From: Dehalococcoidia bacterium
GTDB taxonomy: Bacteria; Chloroflexota; Dehalococcoidia; DSTF01; JACRBR01
NCBI GenBank assembly: GCA_015478665.1
Contig: JADMII010000011.1
Coordinates: 13,889-77,888, forward strand
Direction of reading: 5' to 3'
Length of the DNA stretch: 64,000 bases
A program made the translations under genes and the position numbers. Numbering within the stretch: the first letter of the stretch is position 1; each line of letters begins with the position of its first letter. The notes under the pieces are model-generated. The model did no database searches. It was not told the origin of the DNA and was given only the letters and a program-made list of their open reading frames with translations. Shown one piece after another: positions 49,287-60,127 of the stretch.

Positions 49287-50369
49287 CTAGCCGGTGATCG
49301 AGTGCGACGCCTCGCTGTTGCCATTGATGTCGACGGCGCGATAGGTGATCGTGCTGCCGCTGCTGACCGTGACGGCGCCGATGTACTTCGTGTACGTGCC
49401 GCTGCCGATCTTGTACTCGATGCCGCGGACGCCGGCGTTGTCGGTCGCCGTGATCGTCACGTTGGTGCCGCCCGTCACGGCTGCCCTCGTCGCGCTGGAC
49501 TCCGGCGCTGTCGTGTCGCCAAAGCTAAACGTCGCGCCCCAGGCGACGCTGGCGAGCAGGTTCTGGCCGGCCGTGTTTGGGTGGAAGTAGTCCCAGCCTG
49601 AGACGTCGCCCGACGGGAAGCTCGTGTTGAATACGGCGTTGTTGTCGAAGCGGCAGTGCACGTAGAGGGCGCACACCTGCTGCAGCTGCGTGTTGAAGTC
49701 GATGTTGCGCTGGCGGACGCGCGCACGCCGGTCGGTGTCCGCCTGCGCCGTGGAGGTCGGGTTCGCCAGCATCGACTGGCAGATGCTCGCCGTCCACCAG
49801 ACGGAGCGTGCCCAGAAGTTGTCGTGCAGGATGCTCCAGAGCTGGTAGATGTTCGGGATGCTTACGACGTAGATCCGCGCGTCGGGCAGTCCTGCGGTGA
49901 CCGTGGCCATCGCTGCCTGGAGCTGCGAGCGGAACGTCGAGACGCTCGTCATCGTCGATTCGCTCGATGTGCAGACGTCGTTCGCGCCCATGAGGATGGT
50001 CACGAATTGGGCGCCCTGGCTGACGGCCGTCTGGACCTGGCCGTTGAGGTCCGTCATCTTCGCGCCGGTCCTCGCGTCGTTCAGGTTGTTGCCGCTGATC
50101 GCGCTGTTCGTCGCGAGGATGCGACGATAGAAGCTGTTGACGGCGCTGTCGTTGCCCGTCGACCAGGAACGGGCGGGGTTATCCGTGAAGGGCAGAGTGC
50201 CGGTCTCGAACGCGCGCGTGATCGAGTCTCCCGTCGAGGCGATGGAGTTCGGTGGGCCCGTGCGCGCGGGATCGGCGGCCTTCGCCGGTGTGAGGAGGAG
50301 GACGGCGGCCGCCGCCGCCAGGATCAGAGCGATGATTCTCGTCTTCAGAGTGAGGCTCCTTCGTGACAT
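49287..50369 (-). CDS. Secreted SGNH/GDSL hydrolase with a C-terminal Ig-like domain
   Basis: Signal peptide (A.A cleavage), GDSIT, GANDVC, D.FHPN and a D..AP...ATDN.GV..IEY tail. Confidence 0.87.
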   Translation of the reverse strand: MSRRSLTLKTRIIALILAAAAAVLLLTPAKAADPARTGPPNSIASTGDSITRAFETGTLPFTDNPARSWSTGNDSAVNSFYRRILATNSAISGNNLNDARTGAKMTDLNGQVQTAVSQGAQFVTILMGANDVCTSSESTMTSVSTFRSQLQAAMATVTAGLPDARIYVVSIPNIYQLWSILHDNFWARSVWWTASICQSMLANPTSTAQADTDRRARVRQRNIDFNTQLQQVCALYVHCRFDNNAVFNTSFPSGDVSGWDYFHPNTAGQNLLASVAWGATFSFGDTTAPESSATRAAVTGGTNVTITATDNAGVRGIEYKIGSGTYTKYIGAVTVSSGSTITYRAVDINGNSEASHSITG

Positions 50370-50420
50370 AACGCGGGCGCCACCCGCGGACACGCCGGCA
50401 CGCTCCCCGGCTTGGCGCCT

Positions 50421-50448
50421 ATCGTACGTCGAGCAGCGCCGATGTCAA
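50421..50448 (-). promoter_or_regulatory. Putative promoter for the SGNH hydrolase
   Basis: Minus strand TTGACA-N16-TACGAT. Confidence 0.55.
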
Positions 50449-50585
50449 CCGCTTATCGTCAAGCGGGTGAAGAAAACTTGAGCAGACGGCCGCACGCTCG
50501 CTCGATCCGCCGAATGCAGCCGCTCGCGGCGGAGCCGGCGTGAACGCGGTCGCGCACGCCGCCCGCCGCCCGTAGACTAAGCTCG

Positions 50586-51182
50586 ATGCCGCCCGAACCG
50601 AACCCCTGGGTCCGCTCCCGAACGTTCTCGGGAGACGACTACGACGCCCGCTACGAGGCCCAGGCCGCGGCGGGCGAGGACGTGCACGGCGAGGCGAACT
50701 TCGTTGAGGCGTACGCGCCGCACTCCGTGCTCGATGCCGGCTGCGGCACGGGGCGCGTCGGCCGCGAGCTGGCGCGTCGCGGCATCGACGTCGTCGGCGT
50801 CGACCTCGATGCGGAGATGCTGGCGACGGCGCGCCGAAAGGCCGCCGGCGTCGACTGGCGCCTCGGCGACCTCGCCAGCATCGACCTCGGCCGCACGTTC
50901 GACCTCGCCGTGGCGGCCGGCAACGTGATGATCTTCCTGACCCCCGGCAGCGAAGCCGCCGTCATCGCCAACATCGCGCGGCACCTGACGCCCGCCGCCC
51001 TGCTCATCGCCGGCTTCCAGCTCGGCCGTTCGATGCCGCTCGGGCGCTACGACGAGCTCTGCAGCGCGGCCGGCCTCACGCTGCGCGAGCGCTTCGCCAC
51101 CTGGGATCGCGACGCCTGGCGCGACGACGCCGACTACGCTGTTTCGGTGCATCGCCGTGCCGCCGGCGGCGACGAAGGCTGA
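50586..51182 (+). CDS. Class I SAM-dependent methyltransferase
   Basis: HGEA, VLDAGCGTGR, GVDLD and AGNVM.F. Confidence 0.87.
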   Translation: MPPEPNPWVRSRTFSGDDYDARYEAQAAAGEDVHGEANFVEAYAPHSVLDAGCGTGRVGRELARRGIDVVGVDLDAEMLATARRKAAGVDWRLGDLASIDLGRTFDLAVAAGNVMIFLTPGSEAAVIANIARHLTPAALLIAGFQLGRSMPLGRYDELCSAAGLTLRERFATWDRDAWRDDADYAVSVHRRAAGGDEG

Positions 51183-52033
51183 TGGCAGCCGCGCCGGTCC
51201 GCATCGCCGTCATCGGTCACGTCGAACACGTCGTCATCGCCCGCGTGCCGGCGCTGCCCGGCCCCGGCGCGATCGTGCACCTCGACGAGCCGCTCTGGAT
51301 CCCGGGCGGCGGCGGCGGCATCACCTTCGCCCAGCTGACGCGCAGCCCGGCGGAGCTGCACCTCTTCACCGCGTTCGGCGACGACGACGCGGCGTCGGCC
51401 GTGCAGTCCGCCGTAGAGGCGACGAGCGCCAGCGTGCATGCGGCGCGTCGCGCTGCGGCGCAGACCCGCGACGTGGCGCTGCTGACGCCCGGCGGCGAGC
51501 GCACGATCCTCGTCGTCGGCCGGCCCCTGCACGCCACACTCGACGATGCGCTCGAGTGGGGCGTGCTCGACGGCTGCCGCGCCGTCTTCTTCAGCGCCGA
51601 AGACCCGCGCCTGCTCGCCCGCGCTCGCGCCGCCGAGCTGCTCGTCGTCACGGCGCGACGCCAGCGGGCGATCCGCGAGTCCGCTGTCGCGCCCGACGTG
51701 ATCGTGGGGAGCGCCTTCGACCCGCTGGAGAAGAGCACGCTCGGAGATTACAGGCTGCCGCCGAAGGCGCTGGTGATGACGGAGGGCGCGCGGGGCGGCA
51801 GCATCGAGACGGCCGCCGGCGTGACGCGCTTTCCCGCGCCGCCGCCGCCAGCGACGGCCGGTGGGGCCTACGGCGCCGGCGACAGCTTCGTCGGCGCGCT
51901 GACGTGGTATCTGGCCTGCGGCCTCACGGTCGAGGATGCCTGCGTGCGCGCCGGCCCGCACGGCGCCGCCGTGCTCCGTGGCATCAACCCGCTGGAGAAT
52001 CAGCTCGAGCTGGAAGACATCGGCGGCGCCTGA
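51182..52033 (+). CDS. PfkB family carbohydrate kinase
   Basis: GGGG, G.D, T.GA.G and GAGDSF.G. Confidence 0.85.
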   Translation: MAAAPVRIAVIGHVEHVVIARVPALPGPGAIVHLDEPLWIPGGGGGITFAQLTRSPAELHLFTAFGDDDAASAVQSAVEATSASVHAARRAAAQTRDVALLTPGGERTILVVGRPLHATLDDALEWGVLDGCRAVFFSAEDPRLLARARAAELLVVTARRQRAIRESAVAPDVIVGSAFDPLEKSTLGDYRLPPKALVMTEGARGGSIETAAGVTRFPAPPPPATAGGAYGAGDSFVGALTWYLACGLTVEDACVRAGPHGAAVLRGINPLENQLELEDIGGA

Positions 52034-52151
52034 CGAGAGCGGAGGTGCGCCCGGCCGAACGACGAGAGGTCGAGCGACGGCGCGAAGCGGGACGCTTCGT
52101 CCCGCCGATCGCCGCGCGTGGCCGGTCGCCGGCCCGCCGGGCAACCGGTGA

Positions 52152-52193
52152 CCACCGGCCAGCCACCAGCGGCCATCGGCCAGCCACCGAGGC
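52152..52193. repeat. Degenerate heptamer tandem repeat
   Basis: CCACCGG CCAGCCA CCAGCGG CCATCGG CCAGCCA CCGAGGC immediately after the ABC-F stop. Confidence 0.6.
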
Positions 52194-53765
<1,572 letters not shown>

Positions 53766-53902
53766 CGCGTCCGCCCCCGGCGCCGAAGCGCCGCCTCACA
53801 ACAAAACAGCGCGGCCCAGGCGCGCGCTGCCACCTGCACTATAGCGTGCGCGCACCCGTCCGATATACTGACTCATCCACCGCCGCCACCAGGGATGCCC
53901 GT

Positions 53903-54589
53903 TTGCTGATTGACCTCCATACCCATACGCGCCCGCTCTCGTGGGACTCCTATCTCACCCCGGATGACCTCATCGAGCGGTCGAAGCAGGCGGGGCTCGA
54001 TGGCGTCTGCCTCAGCGAGCACGACTACTTCTGGAAGCCGGCGGACGTCGCCGCGCTGGCGAAGCGCCACAACTTCCTCGTGCTGCCGGCCGGCGAGATC
54101 AACACCGACGACGGCCACATCCTCGTCTATGGCATCGACACGTACGTCTACGGCATGCACCGCTCGTCCGAGCTCGCGGCGCACGTCCGCGGGGCGCACG
54201 GCGCGATGGTCGCCGCGCACCCGTATCGGCGCCAGATGCCGTGGTACCAGGACAGCACGCAGGACTACGGCGACGCGCTCGCCCGCGCGGCGCGCAACCC
54301 GGCGTACCAGTACTGCGACGCGCTCGAGCGGATCAACGGCCGCGGCACGGTGAAGGAGAACCAGTTCTCCGCCGCCCTCTGCGACCACATGGGCATGCCC
54401 GGCACAGCCGGCACGGACTCGCATTCGCGCAGCGACATCGGCCGCTGCGCCACGCGCTTCGAGCGCGACGTCCACGACCTCGACGAGCTCATCAGCGAAC
54501 TCAAGGCCGGGCGGTTCGCGCCCGAGGATCTCGCCGGCGCGCCGCACCGTCTCGACCTCACGGCGCTGTCGTCCGGCGAGCACCTGTAG
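53903..54589 (+). CDS. PHP domain protein
   Basis: DLHTHT, EHD, GE....GH, AHPYR and GTDSH; TTG start. Confidence 0.85.
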   Translation: MLIDLHTHTRPLSWDSYLTPDDLIERSKQAGLDGVCLSEHDYFWKPADVAALAKRHNFLVLPAGEINTDDGHILVYGIDTYVYGMHRSSELAAHVRGAHGAMVAAHPYRRQMPWYQDSTQDYGDALARAARNPAYQYCDALERINGRGTVKENQFSAALCDHMGMPGTAGTDSHSRSDIGRCATRFERDVHDLDELISELKAGRFAPEDLAGAPHRLDLTALSSGEHL

Positions 54590-54611
54590 AGAGCGAGCGC
54601 CCGCCATCGAC

Positions 54612-55290
54612 CTGCAACCGATTGTGCCCGGGATCTACCCGCTGCCCGGGCTGAAGACAGGCCGGCAGCTACCTGCTCGAGGACGGCGACGGCCTCACGC
54701 TCATCGACACGAGCTCGCACAGCTGCGCTGCGAAGATCCTCGCGGCGGTGGAGTGCATCGGGCGTCGGCCGGAAGAGCTGCACACGATCGTCGCCACGCA
54801 CTACCATCACGACCACACCGGGAACGTCGGCCGGCTACGCGACCAGACGCCGGCGCGGCTCTACGTCCACGCCGCCGACGCGCCGTTCGTCGATGGGCGC
54901 CGCCCCTGGCGCGAGTTCCACGGGCCGTTCGCCCGGCTCGCCAGGCGCCTCAGCCCGCAGCCGTATCACCTGCGCGTCGATGATGAGCTGCAGGAGGGCG
55001 ACGTCGTGCGGAGCCTGGGTGGCCTCGCCGTCGTGCACCTGCCGGGGCATACGCCGGGGAACATCGGCCTCTGGTCCCGCCCGCTCGGCGTGATGTTCAC
55101 CGGCGACGCGCTGATGAACGTGATGGGCCTGCGCCTGCCGCTCGCGGCCTCCTCGCACGACATGGCGCAGGCCAGGGACTCCCTGCGCAAGCTGGCGCGC
55201 TTCGGCTTCGAGCACGCCCTCCTCGGGCACGGCGCGCCCGTGCTCGGACGCGCCAGCGAGAAAATCGCCGCGCTCGCGTCGCGCTGGTAG
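54612..55290 (+). pseudogene. Frameshifted MBL-fold hydrolase
   Basis: QPIVPGIYPLPGLKTGR in one frame, then one extra base at about 54666, then SYLLEDGDGLTLIDT...THYHHDHTG...PGHTPG...GDA...GHG. Confidence 0.75.
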
Positions 55291-55377
55291 GCCTGGCGCC
55301 AGGCTGGTCGAAGGCTGCTCGCGGGAACGGCGCCGCCCGGGCTCGCGCACGGCACGCACAGCGGAGCGCGCCTGACA

Positions 55378-56490
55378 CTACAGCGCGCGCGCCTCCGCTC
55401 CGACCGCTTCCCGCTGCTCCGGATACCCGCGCGCCGCGATCGGCCAGACGCCGACGACATCATCGCCCTCGACGGCGTACAGCATGTCGTGCAGGTTGAT
55501 CGTCGGGTCGATGTGCGACGGCCACAGCTCGATGCCGTCGCCGGGGCCTAGGTCGCAGTCCGGCGGCAGGGCGATCGTCGCGTGCTCGTCGCTGAGGAAG
55601 AGGACGGAGGCGCCTTCGATCCCCTTCACCGATGGGTTGCCGTGATCTTGCGAGCACGCCTTGTGGCCGTTGTCCGCGGCGCACTGCTCCGGCCGCGGAC
55701 GGCTGAGGACCGTGCCGAGGACGCTGAACGCGAGCTCGAACGGTAGCCCGAGCCTGGCGTAGGCGGTGTCCATCAGCACGTAGGAACCGGCCTGGACCTC
55801 GGTGATGCCCTCCATGCGGCCGGTGATGTCGTACGTGCCGGTGCCGCCGCCGCTGACGATCGGGCACGGCAGCCCGGCCTCGCGCAGCATGCGCGCGGTC
55901 GACAGCAGGCGCTCCATCGCCGTCGCCGCGCGCGCCGCTCGCTCGTCGCGGCCTTCGATGCCGACGACATGGCCCTCGTACCCCATCAGCCCGCAGAGCC
56001 GGACGCCGGCTGTCGCGGCGACGCGGCGCGCCAGCGCCATCGCCGGCCCGCCGGGGGCGATGCCGCAGCGCGGCAGGCCGACGCCGACATCGATCAGCAC
56101 GCTGATCTCGACGCCGGCCGCCGCGGCCGCCCGCGCGATGTCATCGAGCCCGGCGTCCGAGTCGACGGCGACCTTGATGTCGGCGACGGCACAGAGCCGC
56201 GCGACGCGGTCCGCCTTGCCGGCGCCAAGCACTTCGTTAGCGATGAGGATGTCGCCGGTGAGGCCTTCGCGGGCGACGACCTCAGCCTCGCCGATGGTGG
56301 CGCAGGTCAGGCCGGTGCAGCTGCCCGCCGCGAGCTGCCGGCGCGCGATCTCGGGCGTCTTGTGCGCCTTGAAGTGTGGCCGCAGCTTGCACGGGCCGGT
56401 GGCATAGTACGCCGCCATGCGCTCGATGTTCCGTTGCATCGCCGCCAAGTCGACGACCAGCGCCGGTGTGGGGATCTCGTGCTTCTTCAT
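55378..56490 (-). CDS. DSD1/D-threonine aldolase family PLP enzyme
   Basis: TPALVVD....NI, RPHFKAHK, GYEGH, GGGTG, E.QAGSY, DEH and H.DPT.N. Confidence 0.9.
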   Translation of the reverse strand: MKKHEIPTPALVVDLAAMQRNIERMAAYYATGPCKLRPHFKAHKTPEIARRQLAAGSCTGLTCATIGEAEVVAREGLTGDILIANEVLGAGKADRVARLCAVADIKVAVDSDAGLDDIARAAAAAGVEISVLIDVGVGLPRCGIAPGGPAMALARRVAATAGVRLCGLMGYEGHVVGIEGRDERAARAATAMERLLSTARMLREAGLPCPIVSGGGTGTYDITGRMEGITEVQAGSYVLMDTAYARLGLPFELAFSVLGTVLSRPRPEQCAADNGHKACSQDHGNPSVKGIEGASVLFLSDEHATIALPPDCDLGPGDGIELWPSHIDPTINLHDMLYAVEGDDVVGVWPIAARGYPEQREAVGAEARAL

Positions 56491-56612
56491 CAGCTGCTCC
56501 GCACGCGCAGGCGCGCGCGAATCGAATCTACCATGTGGCGGTGGCAGCGGCGACGAGTGGCGCGCGCGTCGCGCGGTTTGCCCGCGGCTCGCCGCTTCCG
56601 TAGGCTGCGAGT

Positions 56613-57233
56613 ATGGACGAAGGACGGACGCCCCGTCGCAGGCGCGGCCGCCGCGGGCGGCGTGGCGACCAGCGCGACGAAGGCCGCGCGCAGCCGTCGG
56701 GGCCGGAGCCGCAGCGGCCCCCTGGTCCGCCCGGGCCGCCCGGCGCCGAGCCGCCGCGCGCTGTCGGTGATGAGCGCATCGCCCCGCGCCAGCGACAGGA
56801 CACGCGGCGGAGCCGTGGCGGCGCATCGCCCGTGGGCGATGACGGCGCGGCCGCGAGCCGCATCCATCGTTCGCCGCCAGACGAGCGCGGCGCACGCGAG
56901 CCTCGCGCTGCCCGCGATGGCCGCCAGCAGCGCGAAGGCCGGCCGCAGCGCGAAGGCCGCGGACGCGAGCGTGATCGCGACGCCCGCCCGCGCAGCTTCG
57001 ATCCGCCGGTGCCGCAGGACGAGCGGTCGGTCGAGCTTGGCGCGGCGTTTCGGGAGGCACAGGGGGCGCTGCGCGACGCGAGGAAGACGCTCGACAAGCG
57101 CAAGGTGGAGCAGGGCGACGAGCCGGAGTGGCTCGTGGCCGAGTACGCCGCCGCGGAGCAGCGCTTCGCCGACGCGGCCACCGCCTGGTCGGAGCACCTC
57201 GCGCAGACCGGCCGGCGTGTCGTCCGCCGGTAG
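56613..57233 (+). CDS. Hypothetical Arg/Gly/Pro-rich protein with a C-terminal helical domain
   Basis: Fills the gap between two genes; TAGGCT-N6-ATG; GC3-rich codons in the helical C-terminus. Confidence 0.65.
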   Translation: MDEGRTPRRRRGRRGRRGDQRDEGRAQPSGPEPQRPPGPPGPPGAEPPRAVGDERIAPRQRQDTRRSRGGASPVGDDGAAASRIHRSPPDERGAREPRAARDGRQQREGRPQREGRGRERDRDARPRSFDPPVPQDERSVELGAAFREAQGALRDARKTLDKRKVEQGDEPEWLVAEYAAAEQRFADAATAWSEHLAQTGRRVVRR

Positions 57234-57392
57234 CGGTCGCCTTCACAACCCACGGTCAGCATGCATCCGTCTCTGCTACCACGTCGCGGGCCACGCCTCG
57301 CATCTGGCCTCCCACCTCCCGCCCCTCCCTATTGAAGCCAGCACCCGGCTCTGCTAGCGTGGACTTCCAGCGAACGCGCCTGGAGGTCACCC

Positions 57393-58949
57393 ATGTTCAC
57401 CAGCCCGTGGCCCAGCCTCGAACCGTATGCGCCGATGAGCGTGCCCGAGATCATCGAGGCGACGGTGCGCCGCCTGCCCGACAAGCGGGCGCTGATCACC
57501 GCCGAGGGCGAGGCGCACACGTTCGCGGAGTTCTGGCGCGATGTGCGCGGGATGGCGCGCGCGCTGCAGGACCTCGGATTGCGGAAGGGCGACATGGTCG
57601 CGCTCTACGCCCCGAACTCGGTCGAGTACGCCGTCGTACTGCACGGCGCGCTGCTCGCCGGCGCCACCGTCACGACGCTGAACCCGCTCTATCGCGAGCG
57701 CGAGGTCGAACATCAGCTGCACGACTCCGGCGCCCGCTTCGTCTTCACGCTGGCGCCGCTCGTGCCGGTCGTCGATGCGGCGCGCGCGCAGTCGGACCAT
57801 GTCGAGCGTGTTATCCCGCTCGACGAGGTGTTCCGGATGGCGCGCGCCGGCGGCGAACCGGCGCCCGTCGACATCGACCCGCTGAACGATATCGCCGTGC
57901 TGCCGTACTCGAGCGGCACGACCGGCCTGCCGAAGGGCGTCATGCTGACGCACCAGAACCTGACGGCGAATATCCGCCAGACGATGGCGCTGCAGATGAC
58001 GACGGAAGACGCTGTCGTGCTCGATTTCCTGCCCTTCTATCACATCTACGGGATGATGGTGCTGCTGAACTGCGGACTCGTTGCCGGCGCGACGCAGGTC
58101 GTCCTGCCGCGCTTCGAGCCGGAGGCGGCGATGGCGCTGATCCAGCAGCATCGCGTCACGGACCTCTACTGCGTGCCACCGGTCGTGCTGGCGCTCGTCA
58201 ATCAGCCGCGACTGGCGGAGTTCGACCTCTCGTCGCTGCGCTTCCTGATGTCGGGCGCGGCGCCGCTGCCGGCGGAAGTCGGACGGCAGGCCGCTGTCCA
58301 GCTCGGCTGCGTCGTGATGCAGGGCTACGGCATGACGGAGGCGAGCCCGATCACGCACGTCAATCCGATCGCTTCGCCGCGCGAGGGCAGCATCGGGCCT
58401 GCGGTCTCGGACACGCTGGCGAAGATCGTCAGCCTCGACAGCGGCGATGAGCTGCCGCCGGGCGAGGTCGGCGAGCTGCTCGTGTTCGGGCCGCAGGTGA
58501 TGCGCGGCTACTGGAAGAACGACGCCGCGACCCGCGAGACGCTGACCGCCGACGGCTGGCTGCGCACCGGCGACATTGCCTCCGCCGACCCCGACGGCTA
58601 CATGCGCATCCACGACCGCAAGAAGGAGATGATCAAGTACAAGGGCTACCAGGTCGCTCCGGCGGAGCTCGAGGCGGTGCTGATGGAGCACCCGGGCGTC
58701 CGCGACGCGGCTGTGATCCCGAAGGCCGACGCCGAGGCCGGCGAGGTGCCGAAGGCCTTCGTCGTGCCGCGCGAGCCCGGCCTCGACCTCGACGAGGTGG
58801 CGGCGTTCGTCGCCGCGCGCGTGGCGCCGTACAAGAAGATCCGGGAGATCGCGCTGATCGACGCGGTCCCCAAGAATCCGTCGGGGAAGATCTTGCGGCG
58901 GCAGCTGATCGAAGAGGAGCGCGCGCGCACGGCCGCCGCCGCCGGCTGA
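57393..58949 (+). CDS. Acyl-CoA synthetase (4-coumarate-CoA ligase-like)
   Basis: YSSGTTGLPKG, QGYGMTE, RTGD, IKYKGYQVAPAELE and SGKILRR. Confidence 0.93.
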   Translation: MFTSPWPSLEPYAPMSVPEIIEATVRRLPDKRALITAEGEAHTFAEFWRDVRGMARALQDLGLRKGDMVALYAPNSVEYAVVLHGALLAGATVTTLNPLYREREVEHQLHDSGARFVFTLAPLVPVVDAARAQSDHVERVIPLDEVFRMARAGGEPAPVDIDPLNDIAVLPYSSGTTGLPKGVMLTHQNLTANIRQTMALQMTTEDAVVLDFLPFYHIYGMMVLLNCGLVAGATQVVLPRFEPEAAMALIQQHRVTDLYCVPPVVLALVNQPRLAEFDLSSLRFLMSGAAPLPAEVGRQAAVQLGCVVMQGYGMTEASPITHVNPIASPREGSIGPAVSDTLAKIVSLDSGDELPPGEVGELLVFGPQVMRGYWKNDAATRETLTADGWLRTGDIASADPDGYMRIHDRKKEMIKYKGYQVAPAELEAVLMEHPGVRDAAVIPKADAEAGEVPKAFVVPREPGLDLDEVAAFVAARVAPYKKIREIALIDAVPKNPSGKILRRQLIEEERARTAAAAG

Positions 58950-59019
58950 CGTGAGCGCCTGGTCGGGCGGGTGAGGCGCGCGTGACTTCACGGGGATCTG
59001 TTCAAACGGAGGCAGCACC

Positions 59020-59853
59020 ATGTCGGAAGACGTCCTGATCGACAAGCGAGACGATGGCATCGCGATGATCACGCTGAACCGCCCGGATAGCCTGAACGCG
59101 ATGGGCGGCAAGCTGATGCCGATGCTCGCGCAGCACCTCGCCGACTGCGCCGCCGACCGCGCCGTGCGCTGCGTCGTGCTGACCGGCGCGGGACGCGCGT
59201 TCTGCGCCGGCGGCGACGTGAAGGGCATGGCCGCCGGCCGCGACGCTGTCGCCGGCGATGCCGACGGGTCGCAGCATTCACCGGCGAGCGCGCTCGCAGC
59301 GGGCGTCGAGGGCCTGCGCCGCTCGCAGCGCGACACGAGCTACATGCTGCACACGATGGGCAAGCCGACCGTGGCGATGGTGAACGGGCACGCCGTCGGC
59401 GCCGGGCTCAGCCTGGCGCTGTCGTGCGACCTGCGCATCGCCTCCGACCGCGCGAAGTTCGGCACGGCATTCCGCAACGTCGGCTTCAGCGGCGACTTCG
59501 GCGGCTCGTACTTCCTCCAGCGCCTCGTCGGCATGGGGAAGGCGCGCGAGCTGTACATGACGGGCGAGATCCTGGAGGCGGCCGAGGCGGCGCGCATCGG
59601 CATGGTGAACCGCGTCGTCGAGCACGAGCAACTGGAGGCGGAGACGCTGAAGCTGGCGACGCACCTGGCCAGCGGGCCGACGCTCGCCTACGCGCGGATG
59701 AAGGAGAACCTGAACCGGGCGGAGACGTGCGACCTGCCGACGCTGCTCGACCAGGAAGCGCTGAACATGCGGCTCTCCGGCATGACGAACGACCATCGTG
59801 AGGCCGCGCGCGCATTCGTCGAGAAGCGCCAGCCGACGTTCACCGGCAGCTGA
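59020..59853 (+). CDS. Enoyl-CoA hydratase/isomerase
   Basis: LNRP..LNA, AFCAGGD, NG.AVGAG and AF.EKR.P.F. Confidence 0.92.
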   Translation: MSEDVLIDKRDDGIAMITLNRPDSLNAMGGKLMPMLAQHLADCAADRAVRCVVLTGAGRAFCAGGDVKGMAAGRDAVAGDADGSQHSPASALAAGVEGLRRSQRDTSYMLHTMGKPTVAMVNGHAVGAGLSLALSCDLRIASDRAKFGTAFRNVGFSGDFGGSYFLQRLVGMGKARELYMTGEILEAAEAARIGMVNRVVEHEQLEAETLKLATHLASGPTLAYARMKENLNRAETCDLPTLLDQEALNMRLSGMTNDHREAARAFVEKRQPTFTGS

Positions 59854-60023
59854 CGGCGCGCGACGGCTCGGCGCGACCACGGCGCCGGGACGATCCACCG
59901 TCGACGCGGCACGGTACCGCATCGCAGACGGCGCAAGCGGCCGGCCCTCGCCATCGTCGAGCTTCCGGAAAGATCCGTCGCTTTCGCCTCGGGACGACGC
60001 GACAGGCGCCACACGACCCGCGA

Positions 60024-60126
60024 CCGACGTGCTTCCGGGCTTGCGCCGGCAACGAGCGCGCCCGCGTCGAGACGGCGCTGCGTGGGCGGCGACATCCGAC
60101 GTGCGACCGGGCTTGCGCCGGCAACG
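60024..60126. repeat. 31-bp direct repeat, two copies
   Basis: CCGACGTGC(TT/GA)CCGGGCTTGCGCCGGCAACG at 60024-60054 and 60096-60126; 29 of 31 identical. Confidence 0.8.
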
Positions 60127-60127
60127 C

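Noticed and set aside
60024-60126. CRISPR array (31-bp repeat with a 41-bp spacer)
   Set aside because: Only two repeats, no AT-rich leader and no cas genes in the window
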